A stretch of 64,000 nt of DNA, from the IMG/VR virus record IMGVR_UViG_3300027747_002221, positions 158,056-222,055 of that record; one strand, given 5' to 3'. Below, one piece after another: positions 1-8,117 of this stretch (within the stretch, counting starts at the first letter, position 1; each line of letters starts with the position of its first letter). The notes under the pieces are model-generated. The model had not been told where the DNA came from. It saw nothing but the letters and a program-made list of their open reading frames with translations, and did not search any database. Made by a program: the position numbers and the translations under genes.

Positions 1-86
1 TAGGTGCCGTCAGTATACTCTGCTTCTATTGAGAATGCGCAAAGGCATACAAGATAAACAAAAATCCATAATAGTGATCTAAACAT
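1..86 (-). CDS. Small hypothetical membrane protein, partial (runs off window edge)
   Basis: Manual translation MFRSLLWIFVYLVCLCAFSIEAEYTDGT...; ATG overlaps the upstream TAA (TAATG). Confidence 0.55.
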   Translation of the reverse strand, partial: MFRSLLWIFVYLVCLCAFSIEAEYTDGT

Positions 87-268
87 TACATTTCACCTGC
101 TTGCTGTTGTCGAATATACTCTCCATATAAAAGATTGTATGCTTTTTGTATTTCATCAGATAGAATAGTTGCATCTTTTTCAATTTGATTAGCAATGGCA
201 TTTGCCAATGCTCTGGATAAAAAAATCTCTCGTGTATGCCCAGTAGGTTCGATTTCAACATTACTCAT
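86..268 (-). CDS. Hypothetical phage protein (60 aa)
   Basis: ORF 86..301; likely start MSNVEIEP at 268 after an AGGAAG SD-like sequence. Confidence 0.65.
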   Translation of the reverse strand: MSNVEIEPTGHTREIFLSRALANAIANQIEKDATILSDEIQKAYNLLYGEYIRQQQAGEM

Positions 269-677
269 ACTCTTCTTCCTCATAACTAGGAGTAGTTTCA
301 ATTACTACATGACCAAACTGAATTCTTCCGTCCCAATCAGATTCGCCTCGACCACCCACGGTCACAAAATCCTCATCAAATTCAAGAATAGCGCCTACAT
401 CTAAAAATTGGTCAAAATTATCAACATACTTGATATCGTCTAAAAGAATACAACCAATTGATCCTGAATCTACACTATATGAAAAGCCATAATGATCATG
501 GTATGTTCCATCACCATATGCTGTGCTGTACATTGCAAATCTACGACCATCTTTTAATTGAAATTCGCCTTCAAGGACTCGTGTACCCTGTATGGTGATA
601 TCACAAATATCTAGCCATTCATCATCGGCCATTACATAGCACAAGTCGCCAATATAATATTTTCCTGCTGGCATCAT
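261..677 (-). CDS. Conserved phage hypothetical protein
   Basis: 138 aa ORF, MPAGKYYIGDLCYV start typical of T4-like phage hypotheticals; acidic tail. Confidence 0.75.
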   Translation of the reverse strand: MMPAGKYYIGDLCYVMADDEWLDICDITIQGTRVLEGEFQLKDGRRFAMYSTAYGDGTYHDHYGFSYSVDSGSIGCILLDDIKYVDNFDQFLDVGAILEFDEDFVTVGGRGESDWDGRIQFGHVVIETTPSYEEEEYE

Positions 678-679
678 AA

Positions 680-913
680 TTACAACACTCCTAGTTGTTT
701 CTGAATAACGTAAACAATTTCTTCACGCATACCTGAAGTCATTTCAAGATATGCCCATGCTGGAAGATATTCATCTAAACGATGTATATCTAAGGGTTTT
801 GGTTGAGCCTGTTTAGTATATTCTTCTAGTTGATCCAGTGTAAATGCCCAGTTTGGTCCTTCGACCTCGGCACCCACACTCGATGCTAGTTTTACAATAT
901 CTAATCTATTCAA
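680..913 (-). CDS. Hypothetical protein
   Basis: ORF 680..949; likely TTG start at 913 after GGAGA, overlapping the upstream TGA. Confidence 0.6.
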   Translation of the reverse strand: MNRLDIVKLASSVGAEVEGPNWAFTLDQLEEYTKQAQPKPLDIHRLDEYLPAWAYLEMTSGMREEIVYVIQKQLGVL

Positions 914-1077
914 GAAGTTTCTCCGACTGATTCTACAATACGTTGCCACCGATATGCAACAACATTCTCAACCATAGTTACGGGGATATCCAAAACTGCA
1001 GCAATTTCATCAATCATAAGATTTGTGCTGCTAAGCAGATCATTAATCTCTGCATCCAATTCTGACATTTTACTCAT
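910..1077 (-). CDS. Small hypothetical protein
   Basis: MSKMSELDAEI..., AAGGAG SD upstream of ATG 1077. Confidence 0.65.
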   Translation of the reverse strand: MSKMSELDAEINDLLSSTNLMIDEIAAVLDIPVTMVENVVAYRWQRIVESVGETS

Positions 1078-1087
1078 AGTTTGCTCC

Positions 1088-1357
1088 TTAAAATAAATCA
1101 ACTTGAACTTGCTTACCTATTTGAGTCGTATTGTAACTGGTCATACCACAACCTGTTGGTAACGCCTCACCTTTTCTCTTTGCCTCATAACGCAAATGCG
1201 ACAAACGCAAAACACCATCGCACGCAGCCTGCCGAAGACTATGAGTGGCAAACACGCTGGCAACACCACCTACAGTTGTGTAGATTCCAAACCCATCAAT
1301 TATCACACGGATTTTCTGTGAGTTCTTAAAACCATCGATGAAAGTCTTTGTACGCAT
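1088..1357 (-). CDS. Hypothetical protein
   Basis: MRTKTFIDGF..., AAGGA SD upstream of ATG 1357. Confidence 0.65.
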   Translation of the reverse strand: MRTKTFIDGFKNSQKIRVIIDGFGIYTTVGGVASVFATHSLRQAACDGVLRLSHLRYEAKRKGEALPTGCGMTSYNTTQIGKQVQVDLF

Positions 1358-1358
1358 T

Positions 1359-1568
1359 TTAATCCTTCTTAGGGAAACGAGCAGTCGGGTCAACTAACTT
1401 CTTCATACCTGAATTTGATTTGCCTCGAGCTGAGACTGGCTTAGGATTTTTGCGACCTTTCAGAACTTCTACAGTTCCGCCGTTAGCTAAAAACTTTGCT
1501 AGTGCATCTTCTTGCATTTCTCGTGCTACATCCTTGGGGACTACTGGGAGATCTTTTACTTCTTGCAT
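1359..1568 (-). CDS. Hypothetical basic protein
   Basis: 69 aa ORF directly downstream of a consensus promoter, with an AGGAAA SD. Confidence 0.65.
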   Translation of the reverse strand: MQEVKDLPVVPKDVAREMQEDALAKFLANGGTVEVLKGRKNPKPVSARGKSNSGMKKLVDPTARFPKKD

Positions 1569-1594
1569 CTTGTTTCCTTTTTTGCTATGTGCTT

Positions 1595-1623
1595 ATTATA
1601 ACATCTAATGGAAAATTACTCAA
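1595..1623 (-). promoter_or_regulatory. Sigma70-type early promoter
   Basis: TTGAGT-17 nt-TATAAT on the minus strand. Confidence 0.8.
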
Positions 1624-1647
1624 GCAATAACCATTAGAGTTAACGGG

Positions 1648-1953
1648 TTACTGTGTATTTAATGTTGGTAAGCACTCACCAATAAGCTGACGCTCAATAG
1701 CATGTGCTGCAACTTTACCTCTCACTACAGCTAATTGCTGTGCCACGAATGATTCTGGACCAAAAGAGCGAATTGCTTCGCACAATGTCCAGGATTTGCC
1801 CTCAGTCAATGCCCGTCGTACATGCTTTTGCACACGTATTTTCAGATCACGCTGACGAAATCCCTGCGTAATGCCTATATAGAAATCGCCTGTGACACAA
1901 TTGGTCAGGCAATATACTATATGTCTACGATCAATTCTCTTTTTTCTTTTCAT
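1648..1953 (-). CDS. Minimal GIY-YIG family nuclease
   Basis: HIVYCLTNCVTGDFYIGIT motif followed by R..KH and E..LI; catalytic domain only. Confidence 0.75.
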   Translation of the reverse strand: MKRKKRIDRRHIVYCLTNCVTGDFYIGITQGFRQRDLKIRVQKHVRRALTEGKSWTLCEAIRSFGPESFVAQQLAVVRGKVAAHAIERQLIGECLPTLNTQ

Positions 1954-1959
1954 GCTATA

Positions 1960-1988
1960 ATTATAACACCTTTTGGCAAACTTGTCAA
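1960..1988 (-). promoter_or_regulatory. Sigma70-type early promoter (perfect consensus)
   Basis: TTGACA-17 nt-TATAAT; ATG follows 6 nt after the -10 box. Confidence 0.85.
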
Positions 1989-2032
1989 GTATAACCCGTC
2001 AGAGAGTAAGGGTAATAAAAAGGTTTTACCTT

Positions 2033-2251
2033 TTAGGTTTGTGTTCCAAACTTATCAGTTTCGTAAGCCCAGTGTACTGTGATCCAATCATCAATACACA
2101 TTCTTTCAGTTATTTTAGGATCTGCAGGTATATTTTTGCCCGCCTTTGCCATTAACTCATACCATTTTGGAAAGTATGAAGTTAGTATTGTGTTTTCTGA
2201 TAGTGTAACCGATACATCCATATCAGGTTCAGAATAAGACCAATATTTCAT
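2033..2251 (-). CDS. Conserved phage hypothetical protein
   Basis: 72 aa ORF, MKYWSYSEP...CIDDWITVHWA. Confidence 0.7.
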   Translation of the reverse strand: MKYWSYSEPDMDVSVTLSENTILTSYFPKWYELMAKAGKNIPADPKITERMCIDDWITVHWAYETDKFGTQT

Positions 2252-2508
2252 TAATCATTACTCTTTTCGTGCAGTTTAGGTTGATAGAATCTTTTTTCCT
2301 GAATAGTTAATTCTTTAAAGATTTTCCTAGGGCTTGCACACATAATACATTTAGGATTGCCACAGTCCAAAGCATGCTGTTTGACAAACTTGTGTGGTTC
2401 CTTTACATCTATACCGTGTGACTTGGCAATCTTTGTTTGCTTTTTGATATGGACTTCATCCTGATGAAGTCTTGAACTATGTTTTAGTTTGTCCTGTTCC
2501 GCGCTCAT
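2251..2508 (-). CDS. Hypothetical protein with a CGNPKCIMC motif
   Basis: ORF 2251..2583; likely start MSAEQ at 2508 after AAGGTG. Confidence 0.7.
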   Translation of the reverse strand: MSAEQDKLKHSSRLHQDEVHIKKQTKIAKSHGIDVKEPHKFVKQHALDCGNPKCIMCASPRKIFKELTIQEKRFYQPKLHEKSND

Positions 2509-2710
2509 TATTAGCACCTTTCTCATTTTCAATTTTAGTATTAACTTGTTCTGGATAAAAAATGGGTGCTGCCCATACACCAAATTGAATTGGCTTCCAA
2601 AACTTGTGGAAGAGATTATTTAGTAATATTAATATTACCCCAATCACAACAAACCCTAACCCAGATAAAATGCAGCCAATTAAAAAATTTGCTGCTTGAT
2701 CTATTGTCAT
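2477..2710 (-). CDS. Small membrane protein
   Basis: Hydrophobic N-terminal helix FLIGCILSGLGFVVIGVILILL. Confidence 0.6.
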   Translation of the reverse strand: MTIDQAANFLIGCILSGLGFVVIGVILILLNNLFHKFWKPIQFGVWAAPIFYPEQVNTKIENEKGANNERGTGQTKT

Positions 2711-2946
2711 AATCCTTTCTTTCTATATGCTTGCTTTTCTTCTAATCCCACTGTCATTTTTTCATAATCTTTTTTGGTAATTTCCTTAAAAGAATGTTCC
2801 TCCACCATCTCTAATGACTTTTCAAATTCTAATAAAGAATGTAGATTGTAACCTCTTGCAGGCACTTTAAATTTAAAGCCATCTACCAATACTACACTTA
2901 TTTGGTAATAGCCATCTCTACTTATCTTTTTAGTGGTTACAGTCAT
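2707..2946 (-). CDS. Hypothetical protein
   Basis: 79 aa ORF with ATGA coupling to the next gene. Confidence 0.65.
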   Translation of the reverse strand: MTVTTKKISRDGYYQISVVLVDGFKFKVPARGYNLHSLLEFEKSLEMVEEHSFKEITKKDYEKMTVGLEEKQAYRKKGL

Positions 2947-2971
2947 AACTTCTTAGGTATTTGAAATAGTA

Positions 2972-3214
2972 TCATAGCATGAATTGTTTAAGTAATGTCT
3001 TTGCTTGCGGAAACTTGTTTGTGTTTTCCCATTCTGAGTCTGCAACCTCAAGTATAATCAAGCGTTGTAATATATCGCAAGTGTTTTGTTCTTCTTTGGA
3101 TAATGTCTCATACCAATCGAAGAATTCATTCATGTCATCAAGAGACCACATCATATCGAGCATTTCAACTTGCTCATAGGTTAACCCGCTTATTTTGACA
3201 TCTCGGGGATTCAT
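2972..3214 (-). CDS. Conserved phage hypothetical protein
   Basis: 80 aa acidic ORF downstream of a promoter, AAGGA SD. Confidence 0.7.
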   Translation of the reverse strand: MNPRDVKISGLTYEQVEMLDMMWSLDDMNEFFDWYETLSKEEQNTCDILQRLIILEVADSEWENTNKFPQAKTLLKQFML

Positions 3215-3242
3215 AGGATTTCCTTTTGGTTGATATGTCTAT

Positions 3243-3271
3243 ATTATATAGTCTTTTGTATTAGTTGTCAA
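3243..3271 (-). promoter_or_regulatory. Sigma70-type early promoter (perfect consensus)
   Basis: TTGACA-17 nt-TATAAT; the -35 box overlaps the stop codon of the upstream ORF. Confidence 0.85.
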
Positions 3272-3441
3272 GTCTTTTTATACTGAGGGATTACAAGGGG
3301 GACAAAGGGGAGTTTTTGCTTTATGAGCATCTTATCCTCTTCAAAACCTTTACTTGTAGTCCAATATTTATTTTGATTGCTAGTTTTCTTTCTTGCAATC
3401 TCATACAGTTCTCGCAAGTAATCCCGGTTAATCTCAGTCAT
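3268..3441 (-). CDS. Small hypothetical protein (57 aa, not in ORF track)
   Basis: Manual translation MTEINRDYLRELYEIARKK...PQYKKT; ATGA coupling to the upstream ORF. Confidence 0.55.
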   Translation of the reverse strand: MTEINRDYLRELYEIARKKTSNQNKYWTTSKGFEEDKMLIKQKLPFVPLVIPQYKKT

Positions 3442-3581
3442 AGAAGATTATTTACCTGTAAGAATTTATATAGTTTTATATAATAGGAAAAGGATGCAGG
3501 ATACACTTCGGGATCGGGTAATTTCTCACCCCAGCGTTCCTGCATTTTGGTATAAAAATCAATTATTTCTTGATCTGTCAT
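3438..3581 (-). CDS. Small hypothetical protein (47 aa, not in ORF track)
   Basis: Manual translation MTDQEIIDFYTKMQERWGEKLPDPEVYPASFSYYIKLYKFLQVNNLL; ATGA coupling at both ends. Confidence 0.6.
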   Translation of the reverse strand: MTDQEIIDFYTKMQERWGEKLPDPEVYPASFSYYIKLYKFLQVNNLL

Positions 3582-4435
3582 ACATCAACATACTTTAAAG
3601 TAAATCTTTCAGCACGTTCTTCATAATTGTCATATCCTCTTGGATTGCATACAATACGAGTAGAACCAATCATATAATCAAAATCCTCGTGTGTATGTCC
3701 GTGAGTCCACAACTTAATCTGAGGATGATCTAATATGAATGCAGATAGATCTGAACTATAGCCACCGTTCATTATTTCTTCATCTTTGTATCGAGGATGA
3801 GTCGATAGTTTAGATGGTGCATGATGCCCGACAACTACAAACTTTTGATTAAATTTACCCTCAGTCATAATGCGAATGTATTCCAACATTTCTCTGTGGT
3901 CAACAACTGCATCTTCTGGTGCAAAACGACTTTTACGTTTATGAAATTTACCATCCTCATCTTTAAAGATTGTTACCCGATTACTATTTTGAACACAACG
4001 GAAGTCATTCATCATGCTTTTCATGTGAAGTAAGGTGATTGGATCTTCATTATTCATATCAGTCCACAAGGTGCCACCGATGAATGTAGTGTCATCAATA
4101 ACTTTAGTCTCCTTGTCTAGCAAATACACATTGCTTAACATATTAGAATCAAGCATTGATTGTAGTTTGTTTTTAGACTCACCAAAATCTCCGTTGTAAT
4201 GCTCATGGTTACCCATGATAAAGATTACGTGTGGAAATTCGAATGAACAACGCTTAAAGAAATCTGTAATGCGATTACTGCGAGAACCCTCAAGGAAATT
4301 GTGTGGATCAGGTTGACCGATATCGGCAGCAACACAGATATCACCGCCAAGAATTAATACATCGGCGTTGTCTGTGTTTTGTAAATTGATATCACCAAAC
4401 TCGAGGTGAATATCTGAGCAAATTGCTACTCTCAT
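3578..4435 (-). CDS. Calcineurin-like metallophosphoesterase
   Basis: Motifs SDIH, GDI, GNHE, GHH, HGHTH. Confidence 0.9.
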   Translation of the reverse strand: MRVAICSDIHLEFGDINLQNTDNADVLILGGDICVAADIGQPDPHNFLEGSRSNRITDFFKRCSFEFPHVIFIMGNHEHYNGDFGESKNKLQSMLDSNMLSNVYLLDKETKVIDDTTFIGGTLWTDMNNEDPITLLHMKSMMNDFRCVQNSNRVTIFKDEDGKFHKRKSRFAPEDAVVDHREMLEYIRIMTEGKFNQKFVVVGHHAPSKLSTHPRYKDEEIMNGGYSSDLSAFILDHPQIKLWTHGHTHEDFDYMIGSTRIVCNPRGYDNYEERAERFTLKYVDV

Positions 4436-4438
4436 AAA

Positions 4439-4744
4439 TTATTTGAATAAAATCAAAGCCATTAAAACTGCCTGTGCTATAAAACCTACACCTATAGTAA
4501 TTATATTGAGTGCATCTTTAAGTACAACTGCTCTTGTGAATAATAAAACCAATCCTGCCCACATCATTAACACCACATCAAGGCTGGGTGGTTTATCACT
4601 TAGTCCTGTAAGTAATGCTAGTAATGAAGGAAGTGTTGCGCAATGTATTACTATTACTGCCAGCCAACCCATAGTGTCGGCAGAAATTTTATATAGATGC
4701 TCATTTAAAAAATTTCTAACAGCATTGATGTTAAAGAAGTTCAT
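4439..4744 (-). CDS. Multi-pass membrane protein
   Basis: 101 aa with about three hydrophobic segments; coupled to the hydrolase gene. Confidence 0.7.
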   Translation of the reverse strand: MNFFNINAVRNFLNEHLYKISADTMGWLAVIVIHCATLPSLLALLTGLSDKPPSLDVVLMMWAGLVLLFTRAVVLKDALNIITIGVGFIAQAVLMALILFK

Positions 4745-5319
4745 GTTCTTTCTCCGTAAAAGATGTGTCTACCGATCTGTTCTATCTTTGGTTTTTTCCA
4801 ATTTGGATTTACATAATCCGCGTGATAATATAATGCGTTATTTAGAGAAGGTAATCTAAAATTCTCTAATAGAACTTTCTTTGCTACCAATTCACTTTCT
4901 TCCCATAGGGGTTTGTATATTGGTCTGATTTTGTGTGTATTCTCACAATACCAACTAAATTGACAAACTACCTTTGCATAAAAGATGTTTTTCTGATAAA
5001 CAACTTCGCATACTGAATTCGCAAACTTTCCAGAATTTACTCTGTTCATAGTTACTTGTGCCACGCCTACCTTGCCTTCAAACGGTTCGGATGCCGCTTC
5101 CCAATATATGTTTCTAGTTAGGCAATCCAATTCTTTCATTCTTGTGGATGCACTAATATAGTCGGGTGGCCATGATGATTGAGTTTCTTTGAGGTTGCCT
5201 AATTTGACTTTACATGTAATTGCCACGGCGGACACTACAAGTGCAAATCCTATTATTTTAAAGAATTTCGCGGCAAAATCAACAATGGTTGCACTGTTGG
5301 TTTTTAAACTAATATCCAT
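4741..5319 (-). CDS. Cell wall hydrolase, SleB/Hydrolase_2 family
   Basis: CLTRNIYWEAASEPFEGKVGVAQVTMNRV, CQFSW, ALYYHADYVNPNW, IGRHIFY; N-terminal TM anchor. Confidence 0.9.
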   Translation of the reverse strand: MDISLKTNSATIVDFAAKFFKIIGFALVVSAVAITCKVKLGNLKETQSSWPPDYISASTRMKELDCLTRNIYWEAASEPFEGKVGVAQVTMNRVNSGKFANSVCEVVYQKNIFYAKVVCQFSWYCENTHKIRPIYKPLWEESELVAKKVLLENFRLPSLNNALYYHADYVNPNWKKPKIEQIGRHIFYGERT

Positions 5320-5403
5320 TTTTTCTCCTATTTGGATCCCCTCTCAAAAACTGAGACAAAGAGTGCATAGGGCACTATTTTTCTAAGGGATTTATTTGGT
5401 CAC
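5320..5403 (-). ncRNA. Candidate structured 5' leader (cis-regulatory RNA) of the hydrolase gene
   Basis: Three stems (AUCCCU/GGGGAU, AGUGC/GCACU, UCUCA/UGAGA); loop CCUAU is complementary to AUAGG overlapping the SD. Confidence 0.4.
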
Positions 5404-5409
5404 AGGATA

Positions 5410-5438
5410 ATTATATAGGACTTGACTAGGTTTGTCAA
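5410..5438 (-). promoter_or_regulatory. Sigma70-type promoter (perfect consensus)
   Basis: TTGACA-17 nt-TATAAT. Confidence 0.85.
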
Positions 5439-5440
5439 GC

Positions 5441-5463
5441 GACCCGGACAACTAATCCGGGTC
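5441..5463. terminator. GC-rich hairpin, possible terminator or processing site
   Basis: GACCCGGA-7 nt-TCCGGGTC just after the 5481 stop; no U-tract on the minus strand. Confidence 0.35.
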
Positions 5464-5480
5464 TCTGCTAATCCGTAAGA

Positions 5481-5876
5481 TTAAGCTTGTGTTTCTAATT
5501 TTGGCACAGTAACTGCTGTCCAATTTAATATGGATTCATCCCATGTATAGAATGTTCCTTCTGTTTCTGTTGTTGGCATAACTGCCTCAGGTTGTGCAAC
5601 AGGCGGCTGCCAATAGCATGTGTTCTCATCCAAAATCCAGCTTGCAAAAGGTTGAGGTGCATAAAATGCATCTCTGCCTGCATCATATACATAACCAATG
5701 CCTGCGTAGTTTTTACGCAAAGGAGTGCCACCGTTGCGGTGTGTACCACCTTGGGTATTGTAACTTGTTTGAACCCAAGTGCCGGGGTCTCCTACAGCAC
5801 CTGTGTCAATAAAATCTTGATCAGCAACAATAACTTGTGTTACTGTTCCGTTTTCTACTTTAGCAAAATGTCCCAT
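5481..5876 (-). CDS. Conserved aquatic-phage protein (WVQTSYN / RKNYAGIGY family), function unknown
   Basis: MGHFAKV...WVQTSYN...LRKNYAGIGYVYDAGRDAFYAPQPFASWILDENTCYWQPP. Confidence 0.8.
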   Translation of the reverse strand: MGHFAKVENGTVTQVIVADQDFIDTGAVGDPGTWVQTSYNTQGGTHRNGGTPLRKNYAGIGYVYDAGRDAFYAPQPFASWILDENTCYWQPPVAQPEAVMPTTETEGTFYTWDESILNWTAVTVPKLETQA

Positions 5877-5925
5877 TTTTTCTCCTAAAAATTTACCATT
5901 GTTGGTAATTGCTACATTGTTTATT

Positions 5926-5933
5926 TATTTATA
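5926..5933 (-). promoter_or_regulatory. T4-type late promoter
   Basis: TATAAATA 50 nt upstream of ATG 5876. Confidence 0.7.
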
Positions 5934-5986
5934 TGCCTATTATATCTAAAGTGTGTTTTTGATGTTTGAAGTTATTCGGTCTTAGT

Positions 5987-8113
5987 TTACTGTGCAAATG
6001 CAATGTAGTAATATGTGCGCCCAGAGGTGTTCAAGGTTGTGCTTGATGCCAGTTGAAACCCGCCATTCACTTGAAGACAAACATCCCCAAGAACAGCATT
6101 TGCAACTGTTCCACTTAAATTCATACTGTAATTGTTGCCTGTGGTCATTCCTATAGCCTGGGTAAACATGAACATCCCCTCAGTAGCTTCAAAAATTATT
6201 ATTGCGCCAACGGTGAAGTTGGTAAAAATTGTTTGAGCCGCGCCTGCGCCAGCATATTTGCCCGTCACTTGCACGCCAGCGCTATCAGCCCACACCATCC
6301 ATGCCGACGCTTGGCCTGAAGTAAACCCATTTCCGTACGCAATCCAAGCCTCACCATCGGTATTCGGCGGGTTGTTCCAAGGGCTTGTTCCAGTCCTTGT
6401 AAAGGTACCTGAGCCAAGCGTGTAACGAGCACTTGGATCGTGCGCATGCCACAAATACCAAGTTGCGCCAGTTGTTTCCATGTTTTTGAGCATGAAAAAA
6501 GTTGGGCGTTGCTGTAGATTCCACGCTACTTGCCCACCATCAAGTACACTGCCAACCGTCGATCCATGATCAAACATATTGGGGTAATGATAATTTACCA
6601 ATACCGCATAATTTGTGGTTGAAACAAGGTTGTTTATCTGCAAATTTTCCCCGTCCCATCCACCTGTGTCTGTAGCAGTATTTGTGGCACCGTTTAGAGT
6701 CCATGCAAGCTGAGTGTTAGACCCTGATTGATTGTAGTATGAAAAATGACGGCTATAAATTTTGTTAGCAACCGCACCTGTTCCGTTTCCTGAGATAACC
6801 CAAATAGTTGCCATGTTCATTGGGTATCTGTTGGGGTTTATTGATATGGTGGCAGATGTTGCACCCGCAGTAATTTTTTGCTGTGATTTAAACCCAGCTT
6901 GAAATGGTCTGTACTTAGCCGCATTTACATAATAGTCAGAAACTGGCTGTAGAAAACTGTAGTAATAATAAGCAATTCCGCTCACATTCCAGCCCCCAGT
7001 TCCAGCGCTGTAAGAGTAAATGCTTGTAGGGTTAACGTACTGCACAACACTACCTGTGCCTGTGGTTAAAGCAAATGGATTGGGCGTAAGGGCACCTGCG
7101 GCACTGACTGCGGCGCTTGTTCCAAACCCATCCATAGTCCATCCCGTTGGGTGATTGGCAGCAGTGCGCGTGAACATCCCCATTGAAAGGCCGTGAGTCC
7201 ATAGTTGCGATGGCGTTATTGCAGTGGTTTTTGCGGTTCCATCACCAACGTAAAATGAACGATTGAATGCCTTTTGCGCCGCCTTGGCTCCATAACTTGC
7301 TGCCGAGTCAAACATCCAGACAACATAGGTGCTTGATGATTCGTTTGTAAACGTACCAGAGGCGTTGTAGCCAACGGTAATTGTATCAGCGCCGGCGCCA
7401 ACACCTGTCCCCCATATACTGGTTCGGGACGTGTCCATCTGCGCGACGGTTTGAACGCTTCCCGAATAACCTGTAAGCAACGTATGTGCGCTTCTAGACT
7501 GAGAGGAATTCCACCAAGACATGACGCCATCCGACTTCATAACCATTGCCATATTTGGTTGCCAAGCCACTGCAGGTCCAGCGCCAGCGATTGCTCTGTT
7601 TGTGGCGTTGTTACCACTATAATAGTTTCTTGTAAACCCAAATGAAGTATCGCCCGCGTGAAAAGCAAAATACTTCCAAACTACCTTAGTTGTTGCATTT
7701 CCCGAGGTAATGGCCGCAGTACCAAAATTAAAAATTAAATCGGTACCTGTGGTGCCGCCTCCATCAACTGAAGTAAGGGACTGTGCGTCAAACGATTGGC
7801 CTACTGCTCCATTTTGAATATAAGACCCGGCGCCGGGGCCAGAGTCAAAAATCAACATTGTTCCACTCTCATAACTGCGTGTCCCACTCACCACTTTACC
7901 AACCTTTATCAACATCAGGCCCCAGCCATTCGATGTGGTGACTTTGCCCGGCATCCCTGCGCAGGTAATGCTCCAAGCTGTTCCCAACCCTGTCATTACA
8001 GTGCCTGTTTGGAAAAAGTTTTCAATTGGCACACCCGAAAGAACAGCGGGTAACTTGAGATTTTGCCCAAGACCTTGCGCTGAACCTGATCCTGCTGTTG
8101 AGACAAATGGCAT
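5987..8113 (-). CDS. Putative tail fibre / adhesin (708 aa)
   Basis: G/A/S/T-rich beta-type protein with repeated Y.GDG/GN and W..W..H segments; visibly higher GC than its neighbours. Confidence 0.65.
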   Translation of the reverse strand: MPFVSTAGSGSAQGLGQNLKLPAVLSGVPIENFFQTGTVMTGLGTAWSITCAGMPGKVTTSNGWGLMLIKVGKVVSGTRSYESGTMLIFDSGPGAGSYIQNGAVGQSFDAQSLTSVDGGGTTGTDLIFNFGTAAITSGNATTKVVWKYFAFHAGDTSFGFTRNYYSGNNATNRAIAGAGPAVAWQPNMAMVMKSDGVMSWWNSSQSRSAHTLLTGYSGSVQTVAQMDTSRTSIWGTGVGAGADTITVGYNASGTFTNESSSTYVVWMFDSAASYGAKAAQKAFNRSFYVGDGTAKTTAITPSQLWTHGLSMGMFTRTAANHPTGWTMDGFGTSAAVSAAGALTPNPFALTTGTGSVVQYVNPTSIYSYSAGTGGWNVSGIAYYYYSFLQPVSDYYVNAAKYRPFQAGFKSQQKITAGATSATISINPNRYPMNMATIWVISGNGTGAVANKIYSRHFSYYNQSGSNTQLAWTLNGATNTATDTGGWDGENLQINNLVSTTNYAVLVNYHYPNMFDHGSTVGSVLDGGQVAWNLQQRPTFFMLKNMETTGATWYLWHAHDPSARYTLGSGTFTRTGTSPWNNPPNTDGEAWIAYGNGFTSGQASAWMVWADSAGVQVTGKYAGAGAAQTIFTNFTVGAIIIFEATEGMFMFTQAIGMTTGNNYSMNLSGTVANAVLGDVCLQVNGGFQLASSTTLNTSGRTYYYIAFAQ

Positions 8114-8117
8114 AATA

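Noticed and set aside
1625-2016. TAACC...GGTTA inverted repeats just upstream of two early -35 boxes
   Set aside because: Arm spacing and distance to the -35 box differ between sites (and from the 5441 hairpin), so a shared operator is not supported.
5525-7645. Alternative-frame ORFs overlapping 5481..5876 and 5987..8113
   Set aside because: Fully nested in better-supported genes, with no recognisable motifs; explained by the lower stop-codon frequency at higher GC.
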